A stretch of DNA of 63,727 nt, the filler included, from Choristocarpus tenellus KU-1152 (lineage: Eukaryota > Protista > Phaeophyceae), in the NCBI GenBank assembly GCA_964200185.2. It is 14 parts of 14 records of this genome, joined end to end, with 100 filler letters (N's around TTAATTAATTAA, not from the genome) between each part and the next. Parts side by side here need not be neighbours in the genome. Positions count along the whole stretch, not along the records: positions 48,080 to 56,505 come from CAXNAD020004723.1; positions 56,606 to 60,702 come from CAXNAD020016234.1; 12 more parts are not named here. The stretch is one strand, 5' to 3'. Shown here piece by piece: positions 48,201 to 60,802 of the stretch; within the stretch, counting starts at the first letter, position 1; every line of letters begins with the position of its first letter. The translations under genes and the position numbers were made by a program. The notes beneath the pieces were generated by a model that was not told where the DNA came from, searched no databases, and saw only the letters and a list, made by a program, of their open reading frames with translations.

Positions 48201-50539
48201 CAATGAAAAGCTCCATCCTCAATTTTTGAAATCTGCTGTTAAATGGAGGAAATGTGTGTGCAGAATAACTGACATGAGCACTGAAAATAAAAAGAAATAG
48301 TCTCTCAACAAAAAAAATACTGTCTTGCAAGACAGTTGTCTACACAAAAAAATATATATCTGCAAATTAGCAAAAAAAAATGCAGCATAAGAAGTGTTTT
48401 TCGTGAGGCCTCACAACGTAGCACTTGTAATTAAGGGATTTGGTGTCAACCAAATCAATGCCGCTTCACCTTGATCAGGGGTGAGATAATCAAACATATC
48501 TGGGCACATGGAACGATCACGATTTCACTGTATCAGATACGACCACGTCTGGTCAAATCTTCAACAAGAAAAAGAAAAGGGCACAGGCAACGGCTAGCCA
48601 TGCAATTCTGTTAACTCCGGCAAGGAGATACAGATAGAAAAGCATGGACCATCATCTCAAATGAGGAAAATAAGAAAATGGGAGACTCCCAATGGGAGCG
48701 CAGAAATCGTGATCAAATTACAGCTGTATCGCTGCAACACCAATCAGAATATACTTGCGTATATAAAAGTCAACAGCATATCACATAGATGTTCGAAATC
48801 AATTAGAAGAAACAAAATGAAAGAAAGGAAAAAGAAAAGAAAAAGAGCAAACAAAACAAAAAAAAGGAAAAGAAAAAGAAACTCAATTGTGAACCGTGGA
48901 TAAACACGGGGATGGAGTTGGCCATACACCATCACTGATACAATTGTTCATCAAAACAGTTGTCCTCCTGAAAAAGAAAAGAAACGAAAAATGAAAATAA
49001 AATAAAACAAGTGTGCAAGAGTCATTTGTAAATAAATGAACTCGGGTCTCTGCAGTTCATACATGGGTGCACATGTACAAAAAAAAATCAACTTATCAAA
49101 AGTTGATACGGCCAAATAGACATCCATGTGACATATATATCAAAAGATATATATATGTAACAACACAACCACAAATCATTGTCTGAAACACAAATAAAAT
49201 TTGCAGCACATATATATTGGAAATATATATATATACTACCTTCAGCAGAAAATTCAATGAAGTATGGAAACTTTTTCATTGATCAGAATTGATAACCATC
49301 GAAGGTTTCATGTTGGAATGAGGTGTATCCAGACAATGTTGTTGCCTATATGCAGCAATCATATCTGCACATACATTGTGGCAAATCACGTGGACGATAG
49401 AACACATCAGGAGCACGGTCAAGATAGGTAACCTTCAGGGTATACCTTCTGTGGAATGTGGCTCTCTCACATATATACGTTTGTAAAAAAAGTCGAATTT
49501 TGCACACAATTGCTAGCATCCTTAAAATGGAACTTTGGTACGTCTCCTTTACTTTGACTCGACACAATATGCACTTCGAAATACTTCAACAAATAATATA
49601 ATACTTCAGGTTCTATGTTGGAGAGGATCTTGTATTTCCCTGAAGTACCAAGTAAGCAGTACCATGTTTCCTCTGAATTATTGTATGTGAAGTATGTAGT
49701 GCATCAAATGGGTACAAGACATTATAGAAAGAACAGGTTGGTGACTACTTAAACCCAACCCAACCCAACCCAACCATTCTTGGGATGTAAGTATTACCTG
49801 TCGCGATATTGGAACCTTTTGCAAATTGCATACATAGGACTTCGTGTTAGGGATCACTGTAACATTTAATTTCGATTAGAAGTCAAGAAAGAAGAATGCA
49901 CGTACCTGTGCTTCTGTTGGATCCGGTCCATTGGATTGGCTTAGATAGTGCTTATGCCTGCAAATATAATATAATAATATCAGTGGGCATGAAATATTCT
50001 TGCTAGAGCTCTAACCTCCCTACCCAATTTTTCCCGCATGGTCCGGTCATGTTTGACTGTTTCATGGGGCAGGCAAGGGCATCAAGGGCCCAAAAAGGTA
50101 AGAGGGATCATTGTCCAAAACCCAATCTTAAATGCAAATGTCAGCACCACAATATAACTTCGAAGTAAAATACAACTAGAATGCGTATGTATGCACTATG
50201 TACATGTCTACAGAATAAATATGACTACAGTGCATCAGCTCAATCTCAAAGTGAAAGGCTCTTAGGCAGGTGTTTCAAGGATACAGTCCCAACTACAAGA
50301 CCACCGCACAACTTGGGGACGACCAGTCATCTCACAAAATGCACCAACAGCTACGTCTGCTTTGCCCCCATTCTAACACTCGTCTTGTCGCACACACACA
50401 AGGCCAGCACCTAGCACTACACTAAACAAATTTAGGTTAAAAAAACTCACCGCTTCTCCAATGCCTCCCTCCCCAAGAAACTCATGGCTCCTCCCTAACT
50501 GCTACTACTATAGTGGGCACTAACAAAGACAGCCTCATC

Positions 50540-52100
50540 TTCTACCCTGAAACGTCAAGCGCAGGAGACTCCCAAAGTATTCTTCCGAGAGGAGTTATCA
50601 CCCTCACGGTTTGGGCCAAGGTGACTTCCAACCTTGCATTATTGACATCTCGAGAGAACGTAAGAACATCCCACAACCACCCACGATAGCGTGGACTCCT
50701 GTAGTATATTCCCCCGCCCCACACGCCTAAACAGAGGCGGCCCCGTTTAACGAAAGCAAAGGTCGAAACACTGGCATCCTCCTTTGCCCCATCCTTTCCA
50801 ATGCCCGCAGTCCCTTTCTCCACACCAATAATCTCACTCCCGTTCTGACTACCTTCGGAACCACCCTTTCGTCTGTTGAAGTATAACTCCCAAATCTTAC
50901 TGCAGAAAGGGATCTTGATCTGAAATTTTCTGTGCCTGCGTTCCTCCATAGTGGGTGGGGGGATTTCAAAGCTCACGGTCGTCACACCCTCATGTGCTAG
51001 AGCTGTGGAGTTAGACACCTTGCCCACTTGAAAACCTCCAACCTTTGGCACCCATGCGGTTGACCTTGCCCATGGGTGCATGCCCGTCTGTCCATTGTCA
51101 ATCCATGTGGACACCATGGTGGCGCAATCAGGTGCATGCAGGCCACCAGGCTCCTGTAGGAGCTCCCCTGGTACGAGCAGGTAGTTCGAAATCGCGCCAG
51201 TCTGGAGATATTGCTTCTTTCTCTTTGTGCTCCACGTTTGACAAGCTTTGAGAAGCTGTGCCACATTCTCCTGTGCAAGATAGAGAGGTGGATAAGTTGA
51301 GGGTTAGGGTGAGATTCTGCTCTTGTAAGCTTAGAGGATGCATCATTATGGCAAGTTTCACACTAGTATACAATAACCCTCACGTCTCTGTGCTCTGATA
51401 TATTGGCCAGTTCCTTGCAATTCATATCATTACAAGCAGAAGAAAGATTTGTGCTGCTTGGGCCCGAAAAACAAAACAAAACATAATTATTTTGGGAAAC
51501 TGACATTCCTTGGTGTTTGGCCCCACTACCCCCCACCCACCTCCTCGTGGTGGTCAACCCTCTCCTCTCCTGATGAGAATACCTGCACAGAATGTGGCAG
51601 GGTTGGGTAGTCATGAATTGATGCCAGCATGCTGCAGATTTGGGCACGTTTAAACCTTCCAGTGTGTACGAAAACATTTGGTATGGGGGCATACGAGTTG
51701 AGGGATGAAATTTTGGTTTTGAGGGGGTGGCACAGTCCCGTCTCATGCAGCCTATTTGACAGTTCTTGCCGCAGAGCTACCCAGCAAGACCCATCACCAG
51801 TCGGACCCCTTTTACCTCAGGTCTTCTCACCCCTGCAGTAAACCTTGCCAGAACCCCAAGGGCAACAACAAGAAACAGTCCCCTGAGTCCCCACGGTTTT
51901 TTGTTTGCCCGATCTCCCCTTGGTTGCTGACCAAAACCACCAGGACTTGCACTCATCTGGCCCCTGATATCTTCATCCCCCATAGTACCCTTGTTCCCCC
52001 TGTGGTTATCATCAATATTGTGGAGCTCCTGAAGGTCACATGATGGTTCCCCACCAAACCTCTTCTCCTCACTATCCGCTGATGAATTTTTGTGACAACG
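50540..52100 (-). mobile_element. Probable decayed DIRS-like RT/RNase H remnant
   Basis: Eroded motifs in the expected order: HHVTF, GVLARF, STWIDNGQT (cf. LGWxIDT), FAFVKR..CLGVWGGGIYYR, VNNARLE (cf. INxLEL). Recognition is by pattern only. Confidence 0.45.
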
Positions 52101-53261
52101 TTTTTGTGATGGAGGCTTTCTCGCTGCAAAGGTTCCCTTCGGGGTAAGGACAAAAGAGTGAGGATGGACAGGCAATATGGTTGTTAGATGATTGTGAAAT
52201 GGTTAGGTGTGACATACATGGAAATGTTTGTAGGTTACAGCTACAATAGGAAAGATGGAAGTATAGAAAACTTATTCATGAACCCTGCCTTCAATACAAG
52301 TAATGATGGCAGGTGTCTCTTTGGTTTTTCACGTAGACCATAGGCCTGCCACGATCACACTCCAGCCTTCAATCCCATCCCCTTGCACTTACCCTTCCTA
52401 GTCCTAGGCTTCACACATGCTCTAGAGTATTCTTCAAACCAAACGCATGCATCACTGAACTCAGGCCTATCCTACCATCACTAATGGCATATGTCACCAG
52501 TGAGGCCTCTGTAAAAATTGTGTGTACTTGTAAAATCAATTTTTGACTAAGCATGAGCCTGATGAGTGCCTCACCCCTTAAACCAGAGGTGCCCTATTTT
52601 TGTAAAGAAAAAAAACACACCATTGTACATACTATGAAATGTATGTATTGTTTGTTGTGCAGGTGAAATGTGTTGGAAGAGAAATCCAAATATGGTAATT
52701 AAGACAGAAAGCCAACCCTAAACCCAATCTGGCATACAAAATGCATGCAAAAAATTGCTATCCATGAGCCTTGCCTAGATCGGCCAAATTAATGCAAAAG
52801 GAAACCGTCCTCTGAATGCATGACACTAAACACTTGTAGACTTTGAACAATTACCTTGAGCTTCAATGATAGGATAATAGTAGAACTACAACTCAGAATA
52901 TCATCATATTGGATGAAATTAACACAGTATAAGCTTGTAAAGCAACTTTTCATATATTTGGATGAAAACAATTTTGGAATGCTTGGGTCACATTCCATGT
53001 GGAATTGGGTACATCATTTCGAAAGGGGTGGAGGAGTTGAAGGTTGAAGTTGAGAGATCAAAGTTTTGGTTTTGAATCAGAAAAGGATGACAAGTTCTAC
53101 TTAGAAAAAGGAATGCTTATTGTTGTTGTGATGAGACAGTAATTGTGATACTATTTCCATGGGTTCCAACACTCGGCACATAGTTTATTGATGTTAAGAG
53201 GGGTCATCATCTGCTATGCTGCCCTCCAATGAAATTCAGCACCATCGTAATCTGTTCCCCA

Positions 53262-53960
53262 CCTGGCTGAAGATGCGGCTAGTTAGGTTTGCTCTGGCCC
53301 TATTTTTTCCAAACTCCATTTCACATTTGTGACGATGAAAAGGCGCTCTCCTCCGGTAAATTTTCCTTAGGTTGATAACTCCACTCTGACTGATAAGGGT
53401 AGGGTTATGGGGGAGAAGGGGGAACACAAGTCTCTTCTACAGTGCGTGTTTATCAATGAATATCGTAAATAAAACAACCAGGAACTCCGTTATTCTTCAG
53501 CCTTTGGGTGTGAAAGGCCCATGTATGATCATATGCCTACGTCCATATTTACTAGGGTTGGTTTCGTAGGAGTTATGTTGGCGGTAGGAAATCGAGGATG
53601 GAGAACGGTGGGCTCGTCCCCTATCTTGGCTGCACAATCCACTAGAGAAAGGCGGCATTAGGCAGACAGACTGTTGGTCGAATAATCCAAATTGACTCAC
53701 TTGTCAGAAGCTTCGAGTACGCTGGCTTCATACTCATCGTAGCTGTGGAGTGCGCCCCGTTGGGACTCCACTGGGTACGCATGGGCGGCACCGTACGGTT
53801 GAAAGTAACATTTATCATTCTCCAGGTATACACGTCCACGCACCCCTTGCTTGATGATCCATATGTCGTCTCCTTCCCGTGGGCCATGGATGACGTTACC
53901 AGGATTCGCCGCATTGCTCGTATTTTGACCCCCTTGGCCGCAAGCTCCATTTTCTCTGAG
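53262..53960 (-). CDS. Putative exons of an unidentified gene (about 53701-53960 and 53262-53390)
   Basis: CpG-rich open frames end at a GTGAGT donor (about 53700) and a CAG|GT donor (about 53262). Reading frame is ambiguous. Confidence 0.3.
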
Positions 53961-55604
53961 ATAGTTCGAATAGGGCGAGAAATTCGTTTTGAATGGTAGA
54001 AGACCAGTATTGTGTATGTATGTGTACATCTAATGGGACATTTTTCGCCAGAAACACAATGCTTTCTACAATTCCATGTATTGTACCACCTGCTAGAAAG
54101 ATGTCCATGTGAACTCCACATCGTCATGGCTTATAGATGGGTTGTAGGTAAATCCGATTATCCGTTCAACTCGTCTTTGAACTCACGGACAGAAATGCTG
54201 GATTTGATACGAGTTCTGCAGCTTGCCTTTCCCTATTTCTCGTTCGTTGTATTCAGAGGTCAGCACTGATAGTATAGGGTTCTGCCACTAAAAGTTATAT
54301 GGAGAAGAAGTCCCTCGTGGCTTCTCTATTGTGGTGGAAGATGGACAAACTTTGAAACCGACAAGAAAGTGCCGTAGTACTACAACGGTACGGTTCCAAT
54401 CCCCTCTAAAGTACATACAATATACAAATCACAAAAAAAGAGTAATCGAGTATGAAAAATATATCTGTGAAAACAAAACAATAATTAATGATCCTCTCTA
54501 ATAGTCTAATCCCAGTAGCAGTACTTCAGCAGAAGTATGTGAAAATATTGTATGAAGCCATTCCTCAGGGGAGTGATGCGGTATAAATTGAGGTGTAGTC
54601 CTGGTGCACTAGAAATCTGTAGTAGCAAACACATAGTTCAACTTCAATCGTCTAGTATACAAAAAAACTCATCAATGCCGACCCAGTCTGTGGTCCTGAC
54701 TGATTCCAAGAGTTTCAGACATGTTCGGACCAGGTCCACAAAATATTGGAACCTGCGCAGTCCCCATTAGACAAATTGAGTAATTCCAGTCATGTCCCAA
54801 CCATTTGTATCATACTGCTGTCAGAAATTGTAACCAAGTCAGGTCTGCGTCCAGCCCCCCACCACGACAAAACATTTATGGTATGGAAACGAATCGAATG
54901 TATCTCAATAAATTCGATCAGGTATTGTAAGTTGACCCTCTGGGCTCTACACCAGATCAAACCATCTACCTTGATGAACGTGCATATATCCAAGCATAGA
55001 TTAGATGGTGTCATTCTGCTTGTTGGCAGTTTCATACTTTTAAAATCCATATCGTTTTGAATTATGGAACGCAATTTCAAAGAGGCAAATCTGTCTATTA
55101 AAAGGACGAACAATGAGATTTTCTTCGCCAGAGCACATACCATTTGTGGTACTATGAAAGCAAATACTTGCCTTCAACTCCAATGTTAACTCGTAGTCTG
55201 AAGAGTCCTCATCCAAAGCGCGTATTGTACAGTTGTCAACATAGACAGGAACGATACCCCTCGAACTGCTTTTCCGACAAGGAAAAACCGTAGTGTAACA
55301 TTGTTCTTTTTGCGATATTTTCATTTTCATGGATATGCGGAAAAATTCCACTATGCAATTAACGTTTGTCCAATTAGGTGTAGCCTGATATGATACAGTA
55401 TAAACCAAATTTAGACAGGTGTCATAACAAATCTGCATGGCCACAGTAACATTAATCCTATCACTGTCCGCAGCAACAAATCCTGGAGGGATTGGTTGCA
55501 CAAAACTTCAATCTGAAGACGAAAATCTAAACTGCAACCCCCCCTCCCACCCCTCTGCCCAACTCATCGCAAGATCGGGGCAAACGCTGTAACACTACCA
55601 GATA

Positions 55605-55778
55605 CTATCCACTACCTCCTGGTTTGAAAAAAGATCCTTCAAGGAAGAGATCTTCCCAGTTCTGGAAGGACCGAGCTTTGTACAAATCCAGTTGCACATA
55701 GGGAGGATCATTTTCAGCATCCAGGACGTAGAGGGACTCATACGAGTCAATGCGATAGAATAAAGTCCCAGACAGTAC
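55605..55778 (-). CDS. Terminal exon of a CS-domain (p23/NudC-like) protein
   Basis: CAG acceptor then VLSGTLFYRIDSYESLYVLDAENDPPYVQLDLYKARSFQNWEDLFLEGSFFKPGGSG*, matching the CS pattern GxLxxxIdxxeS...lxLxK...WxxL. Not in the supplied ORF track. Confidence 0.62.
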   Translation of the reverse strand, partial: VLSGTLFYRIDSYESLYVLDAENDPPYVQLDLYKARSFQNWEDLFLEGSFFKPGGSG

Positions 55779-56004
55779 CTGTCATTCACCATCAAGCAAA
55801 CATGTACACAAATAATTCACAGGAGGGAGGGACAGGGGAAGAGTCAGGACAAGGCAAGGATATCTCCATCACAGTGGAGGAACATAACTTGCAGAGGTCC
55901 ATATGTCGGGGGAACGAGAGAAAAAATAGGGACTCGGCAAGCACTCAAGTCATAACGTAGCCATGGATAGGAGGTAAAAAATATTGCCCTTGATCTCGGG
56001 AATG

Positions 56005-56082
56005 AAAAATATTTGAGTGTGGACATAAATAAAAATATTTGAGTGTGGACATAAATAAAAATATTTGAGTGTGGACATAAAT
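56005..56082. repeat. 26-bp tandem repeat, 3 copies (AAAAATATTTGAGTGTGGACATAAAT)
   Basis: Perfect direct repeats. Confidence 0.95.
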
Positions 56083-56405
56083 GACAAAAGCAGGAAACTG
56101 GTGGCCCAGTGGGGCAACAAAGTCGATACGTTACAGAGAGGGAAGTAGTCCCCTGACAAGGCCTGTTCACATGTTTCCACAACTTACTGAAATGACAATT
56201 GTGTGGGAGCTTTAGATGTTCTGCAGTAATTGAAAAGTACAATGTACTATGTGACATAATGCATGCACACTACTGGGTACTCCCACGGTACTTGATACGG
56301 CAGTACTTCTCAGAGGTATACTGTATTGCCTCGCACCCATCTAAGCAAAGAAATTTCCAATTTTGTCTCCTCTTTATGGACAATTTAACTGTTCAGACCT
56401 GGCCA

Positions 56406-56505
56406 GACTCAAAGTACCTGGGGGGGGGACGGGGGACGGGGGGTCTACACCAGGGTGTCGACTCAGACCTTGCCCAGGAGAAGTGCAACTACATTATCCT
56501 TATGA
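56406..56505. mobile_element. MITE family A partial copy in reverse orientation, at contig end
   Basis: GACTCAAAGTACCTGGGG...GGGTCTACACCAGGGTGTC is the reverse complement of the A right arm. Confidence 0.8.
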
Positions 56506-56791
56506 NNNNNNNNNNNNNNNNNNNNNNNNNNNNNNNNNNNNNNNNNNNNTTAATTAATTAANNNNNNNNNNNNNNNNNNNNNNNNNNNNNNNNNNNNNNN
56601 NNNNNGTTGATGAGAGTCTTGTACATTCTCACAACTAAATACACAATTCCTCGCATTACACAGTAAAATGACCTCTTCTTGCACGTATCTGACCAGTTTC
56701 ATACTTACACTCCACCCCCCTTCCTCCATTATTGTCAACAAAACCTTTGAAGTTCACTAGCGCTCCCCACCTCCCTCGCCCACTTGGCCAG

Positions 56792-59340
56792 GTGACGGCT
56801 GAATATATTTTTGCCTCGTTGGCGACATTGTCTGAGTTTGTGGTTTTCCTATATATGGGTATGGGTGTTTTTACTGGTCGCTTCAAGGAGTGGGATTGGC
56901 TGTTCATCACTCTGGCTATCGCATTCTGTCTCATTTCTCGTGTCTTCAATACGGTCCCCTTCAGCTTTATCGCCAACCTGTGGTGAGATACTCCTGGGAG
57001 TTGGAGTATTAGGAGGGTATCTATCTGACCGTGCCAGCTCAGTGGCATTGCTATTTCTTTTCCAACATTTTTTTTGAAAGTTTTTTTTGTGTGTAGTGCT
57101 ACTGTGTTGGATGTGCTTTGGAGGGTGGTCTTTTAATATTTGCTGAAAGGGGCTTCGTCTGGCTTTGTGTGCTCTAACAGTCTCCAGTGGAGTGGGTCTC
57201 AATGTCCTGATGCCCTTATGCTTGTGTTTCCTAATGGTTGTCGATATTGCTCTTTTTGCAGTATTATCTATGTGATATTCTTGATACTAACAGTCTGATG
57301 CAGAAGTTGATGTTATGATTTATCTATAATACAATCTCCTAGGCCATAGTCCCTTGCATTGGCAGGCGATTGATTTTCGTGTTTGTGAGTAAGTATGAAC
57401 GAAATTTAAAGGCTAGAGAGCAGTCAAAAACAACATTTCAAATGACCCCACCCCCTCCCCCCGTCTCCACCTTCACTGTGGGCAGGAGGGCACGAAAGAT
57501 CTCTGCAAACATGCAGGTGGTGATGTGGTTTGCAGGTCTCCGTGGTGCCATTGCTTTTGCCCTATCGGCAAGCATGCCCGGACCAAGCAAGGACATATAC
57601 CAGTCCACAACTCTCATGGTGGTGATCTTTACCACCCTTGTCTGCGGGGGGTTAACGGAGCCTTTGCTTCACAGAATGGATGTCAAGGCTCAGGTGTGGT
57701 GTGAGGTTGAGAGGGAGGCGGGGGTGGGATGGCACCCTTGGTGGCCGGTGCCGTAGCTGCGTAAGGCCTGCTCTTTTTGATAAAGAAATAATGTTGTTTT
57801 GAACCATGTAGTAACGAGCTGTTCCTAAGATTAGCACCGCAACCTTTTGTGTTTTAACAATCGTTGAGAAAAGGCGTTTTGTTGATTGCAAGAGAGTAGT
57901 GCCCACCCTTAACGTGTGTTGTGTTGTGCGATCTGGGTTGCTCCTTTTTGCTCTCCACTATTGCGGCTTCTTGTAACTCCCAACCAACTCCTATCTCTTG
58001 GGTTGGTCACAGAAACCAAGGTTTTGGCCTTCCTCCCTCGCTTTCCGTTTTTACAGCACTCTACAGCAGATCAGGTATACGAGCAGTTGACAGCACATGA
58101 TATGGGGGATGAAGAAGTCCCAGAGAATGGGTCCTTGTGGCTACATGAACGCAAGGGTAGAAGATCCGGCTCGCATGGGCGGGTGGAGGGGCTGTGGAAG
58201 AAGGTGAGTACTTTGTTTCGTTGGTGTGAGGATGCCAGTAAAACCTGCTTGCCCAGCCCAGAGCTTGTTGCTGGAAAGATGGTGTGTGTGTGTGTGTGTA
58301 TGTGTGTGTGTGTGTGTGTGTGCTGGCAGGTGTGTGGATGTTGACATTCTCTGGTTTGGTGCATTTCCTGGTCATAGCTACGTGGAGTCAACCATCGTGA
58401 TGTTGAGTGAGGCTGTTGTCAATCACAGCTGAAGTGTGTTTTGATTTGGACATGATGCAGAATTTGTTGACCTGAGATGCAGAGAGATGTCCGGAATGTA
58501 CCATGCGGTATTGTAGCGGGCTCACACTCTGGTGTTGAATTTGCAGTTTGAGCTGAGTTGTCTCTCCAACTGCAGCCCTCCCTTTTCCCCTCCCTCCCCC
58601 CTTAGCCTCCCCTTCTCACATTATCCCGTCTTGCTCGTCCCTCCTGACTACTGCTGCAACTATCCTGTCGTTGGCCTGTAATGCCCACTGTGTATTCCCG
58701 TGCTGCTTGCCACTGGAGGTGGACACAATGTTCTTGAAACCACTGTTTGGTGGAAGCCCTTCACAGCAGGTGCGGAGATATGTGGCATAGTTTGTCAGGG
58801 GTTCAAAAAAATGGTTCTAGAAAAAAAACATCACTTTCGCCGTGTAGGCAAGTCCCAAAGTGCTGACAACCTCGTTAACACATTGCTTTGATGTCAGCTG
58901 CAAGGCTCTTTTTTACTCCTTTGGTGCCTCAGACCTCATACTTAGCATGCCACTGCCCTGTGTGCTTCGTGCTACCTGCGACCCCCCGTTGGCCCAAAAC
59001 CTTCTTTGTCCTGACCCTCAAAGGGAGCACACAAGTTGATAGGATTATCCCATCACCCCATTGTCAGGACTCCCCCCAATCGGAATTGAGGCAAGAGGAG
59101 ATAGAGCGAGAGATGGTTCGTGTCCGGGGGGGTGGGGGGGGTGAGGGAGGCCCACAACTTCACGAGCAGAATGGTGGAGGGAGGGCAAGGCTGGACAATA
59201 TTGTGTCCATGGATGGAGAGGGGGAATCAATGCTGGGACTGGGACCACGGGGAAAAATCTCGCGCTCTCATAGCGAGGAGCCTCACAGGACAGTGTCACC
59301 TGGACATCGGCAGGATGTGTTGAAGGGTAGGCCCATGTAG
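56792..59340 (+). CDS. Na+/H+ exchanger, CPA1 family (NHE8/NHX-like), 3' part. Exons 56792-56982, 57486-57693, 58057-58203, 58719-58769, 59068-59340
   Basis: FASLATLSEFVVFLYMG...ISRVFNTVPFSFIANL, QVVMWFAGLRGAIAFALS...STTLMVVIFTTLVCGGLTEPLL, and WKK|VDTMFLKPLFGG. The acceptor of the last exon is the least certain. Confidence 0.93.
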
Positions 59341-60802
59341 ACAGGATGCGTACTGCGCAGAGTCCCAGTCTGGCTCCACTTTCTGACAGGTCAGGTTATT
59401 GTCCTGGCGTCCGGTCATATCAGCCGTACATGTCAAAGGACATTTTTGATGTGCCCTGTTTTTTTGTTAGGGGGTATGTCACAGAGTTGACCTAGTAATG
59501 AATGCATTGTTCCAATGACAAACATCTATACAAATAGTGGAGTCAATAAAGATTAGTGAGACTATTGACTTACTGTGCCAATATGGATAGCTCTGCTATT
59601 TCAATGTTCATTTTCTGCACTCTGGCTTTATTTTGTGGAGTCCATCTGTTCAACTCCCCAACCTCCTTTTTCATTGGTTCTGTGCCTCCCCAGAATTTAA
59701 GAGAGTTGGGTTCATGGTAAAATCCTTGAAGCTAGATTATGCACAAGTCCTCCCCAGTGGGAAGATAGGGTACCAATCACGCTGGCATTTCTTGCTCTGT
59801 GATTTAGTGGATTTGAAGAAGACTCAATTGATGAGTTGGTTTTGACAGCAGGTGTTCATGCTGACACCTTTGCTACATGCACTGGACTACATGGGAAGGG
59901 GTTGTACTGCAAGCAGCAAAACAATTTGAAACACTCACTACTTGATCATACAGTCAGTATTCCCCACTTGGGAGCAGGCTGGATTGCGCCCAAAGAGCTG
60001 ACTTTGTTTATGGTGTCTACAGTTTGAAGCAGGCGTTTGTCTTTGTTCTTGTTTATGTTCCTGGTTTACCCCAGGTATAACTAGCACGAGGGATACCTGG
60101 ATTGATCAACTTGACACATTTTTTGATATGCAGGTGCTTCACAGTAGGCTCAACAATTTTTATTTGTTACCACTGCCTGCGCTGGGTGCAGTATGTGGAC
60201 AAGTAGGAAATTAATGTCATTGGTGCCGTGGCACTATCTCTCTTTATGCTGTTGTGCATTTATTGCAATCACCGTAAGACTTTTGACTCTCACGAGTATA
60301 CGAAGGTTTGATATTAATTGGAAATATGGCACCCAGCAGTTGAGTTGCTGAATGTGTGCAGAAAAGGGAAATCTAACACTACAGCATAATCACTTCTGCA
60401 ACCTGGTGACAAATCCTGTTTGTGTAACATGAACTGCCACGGTTGATACAGACTTGCTCTTTGAAGTTACTGACCTCATTACTACCTGCTACTTGAGTGA
60501 CACTCAATACGGCAGGTACTATTCCTGTTTATTTGGCCTTTGCATTTTATCAGAGTGCTTCAGCTGTAGTGTCCAGTCTTGAATGCTGCGAGGTATCATA
60601 TGCTCCAGTTCCGGGCAGAACATACACTGGTTGAAGGGGTGTGAGGGTTACTTTGTTGTGGTGTTTTTTCCCATCCTGTTTTTTTTTTCATACTATAGGA
60701 CANNNNNNNNNNNNNNNNNNNNNNNNNNNNNNNNNNNNNNNNNNNNTTAATTAATTAANNNNNNNNNNNNNNNNNNNNNNNNNNNNNNNNNNNNNNNNNN
60801 NN

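Noticed and set aside
48440-48520. Faint resemblance to 5S rRNA on the minus strand
   Set aside because: Conserved 5S boxes and helices do not align.
54790-55501. Minus-strand ORFs of 117 and 153 aa as viral genes
   Set aside because: No motifs recognised. They lie just downstream of the CS-domain stop codon and are likely UTR or intergenic.
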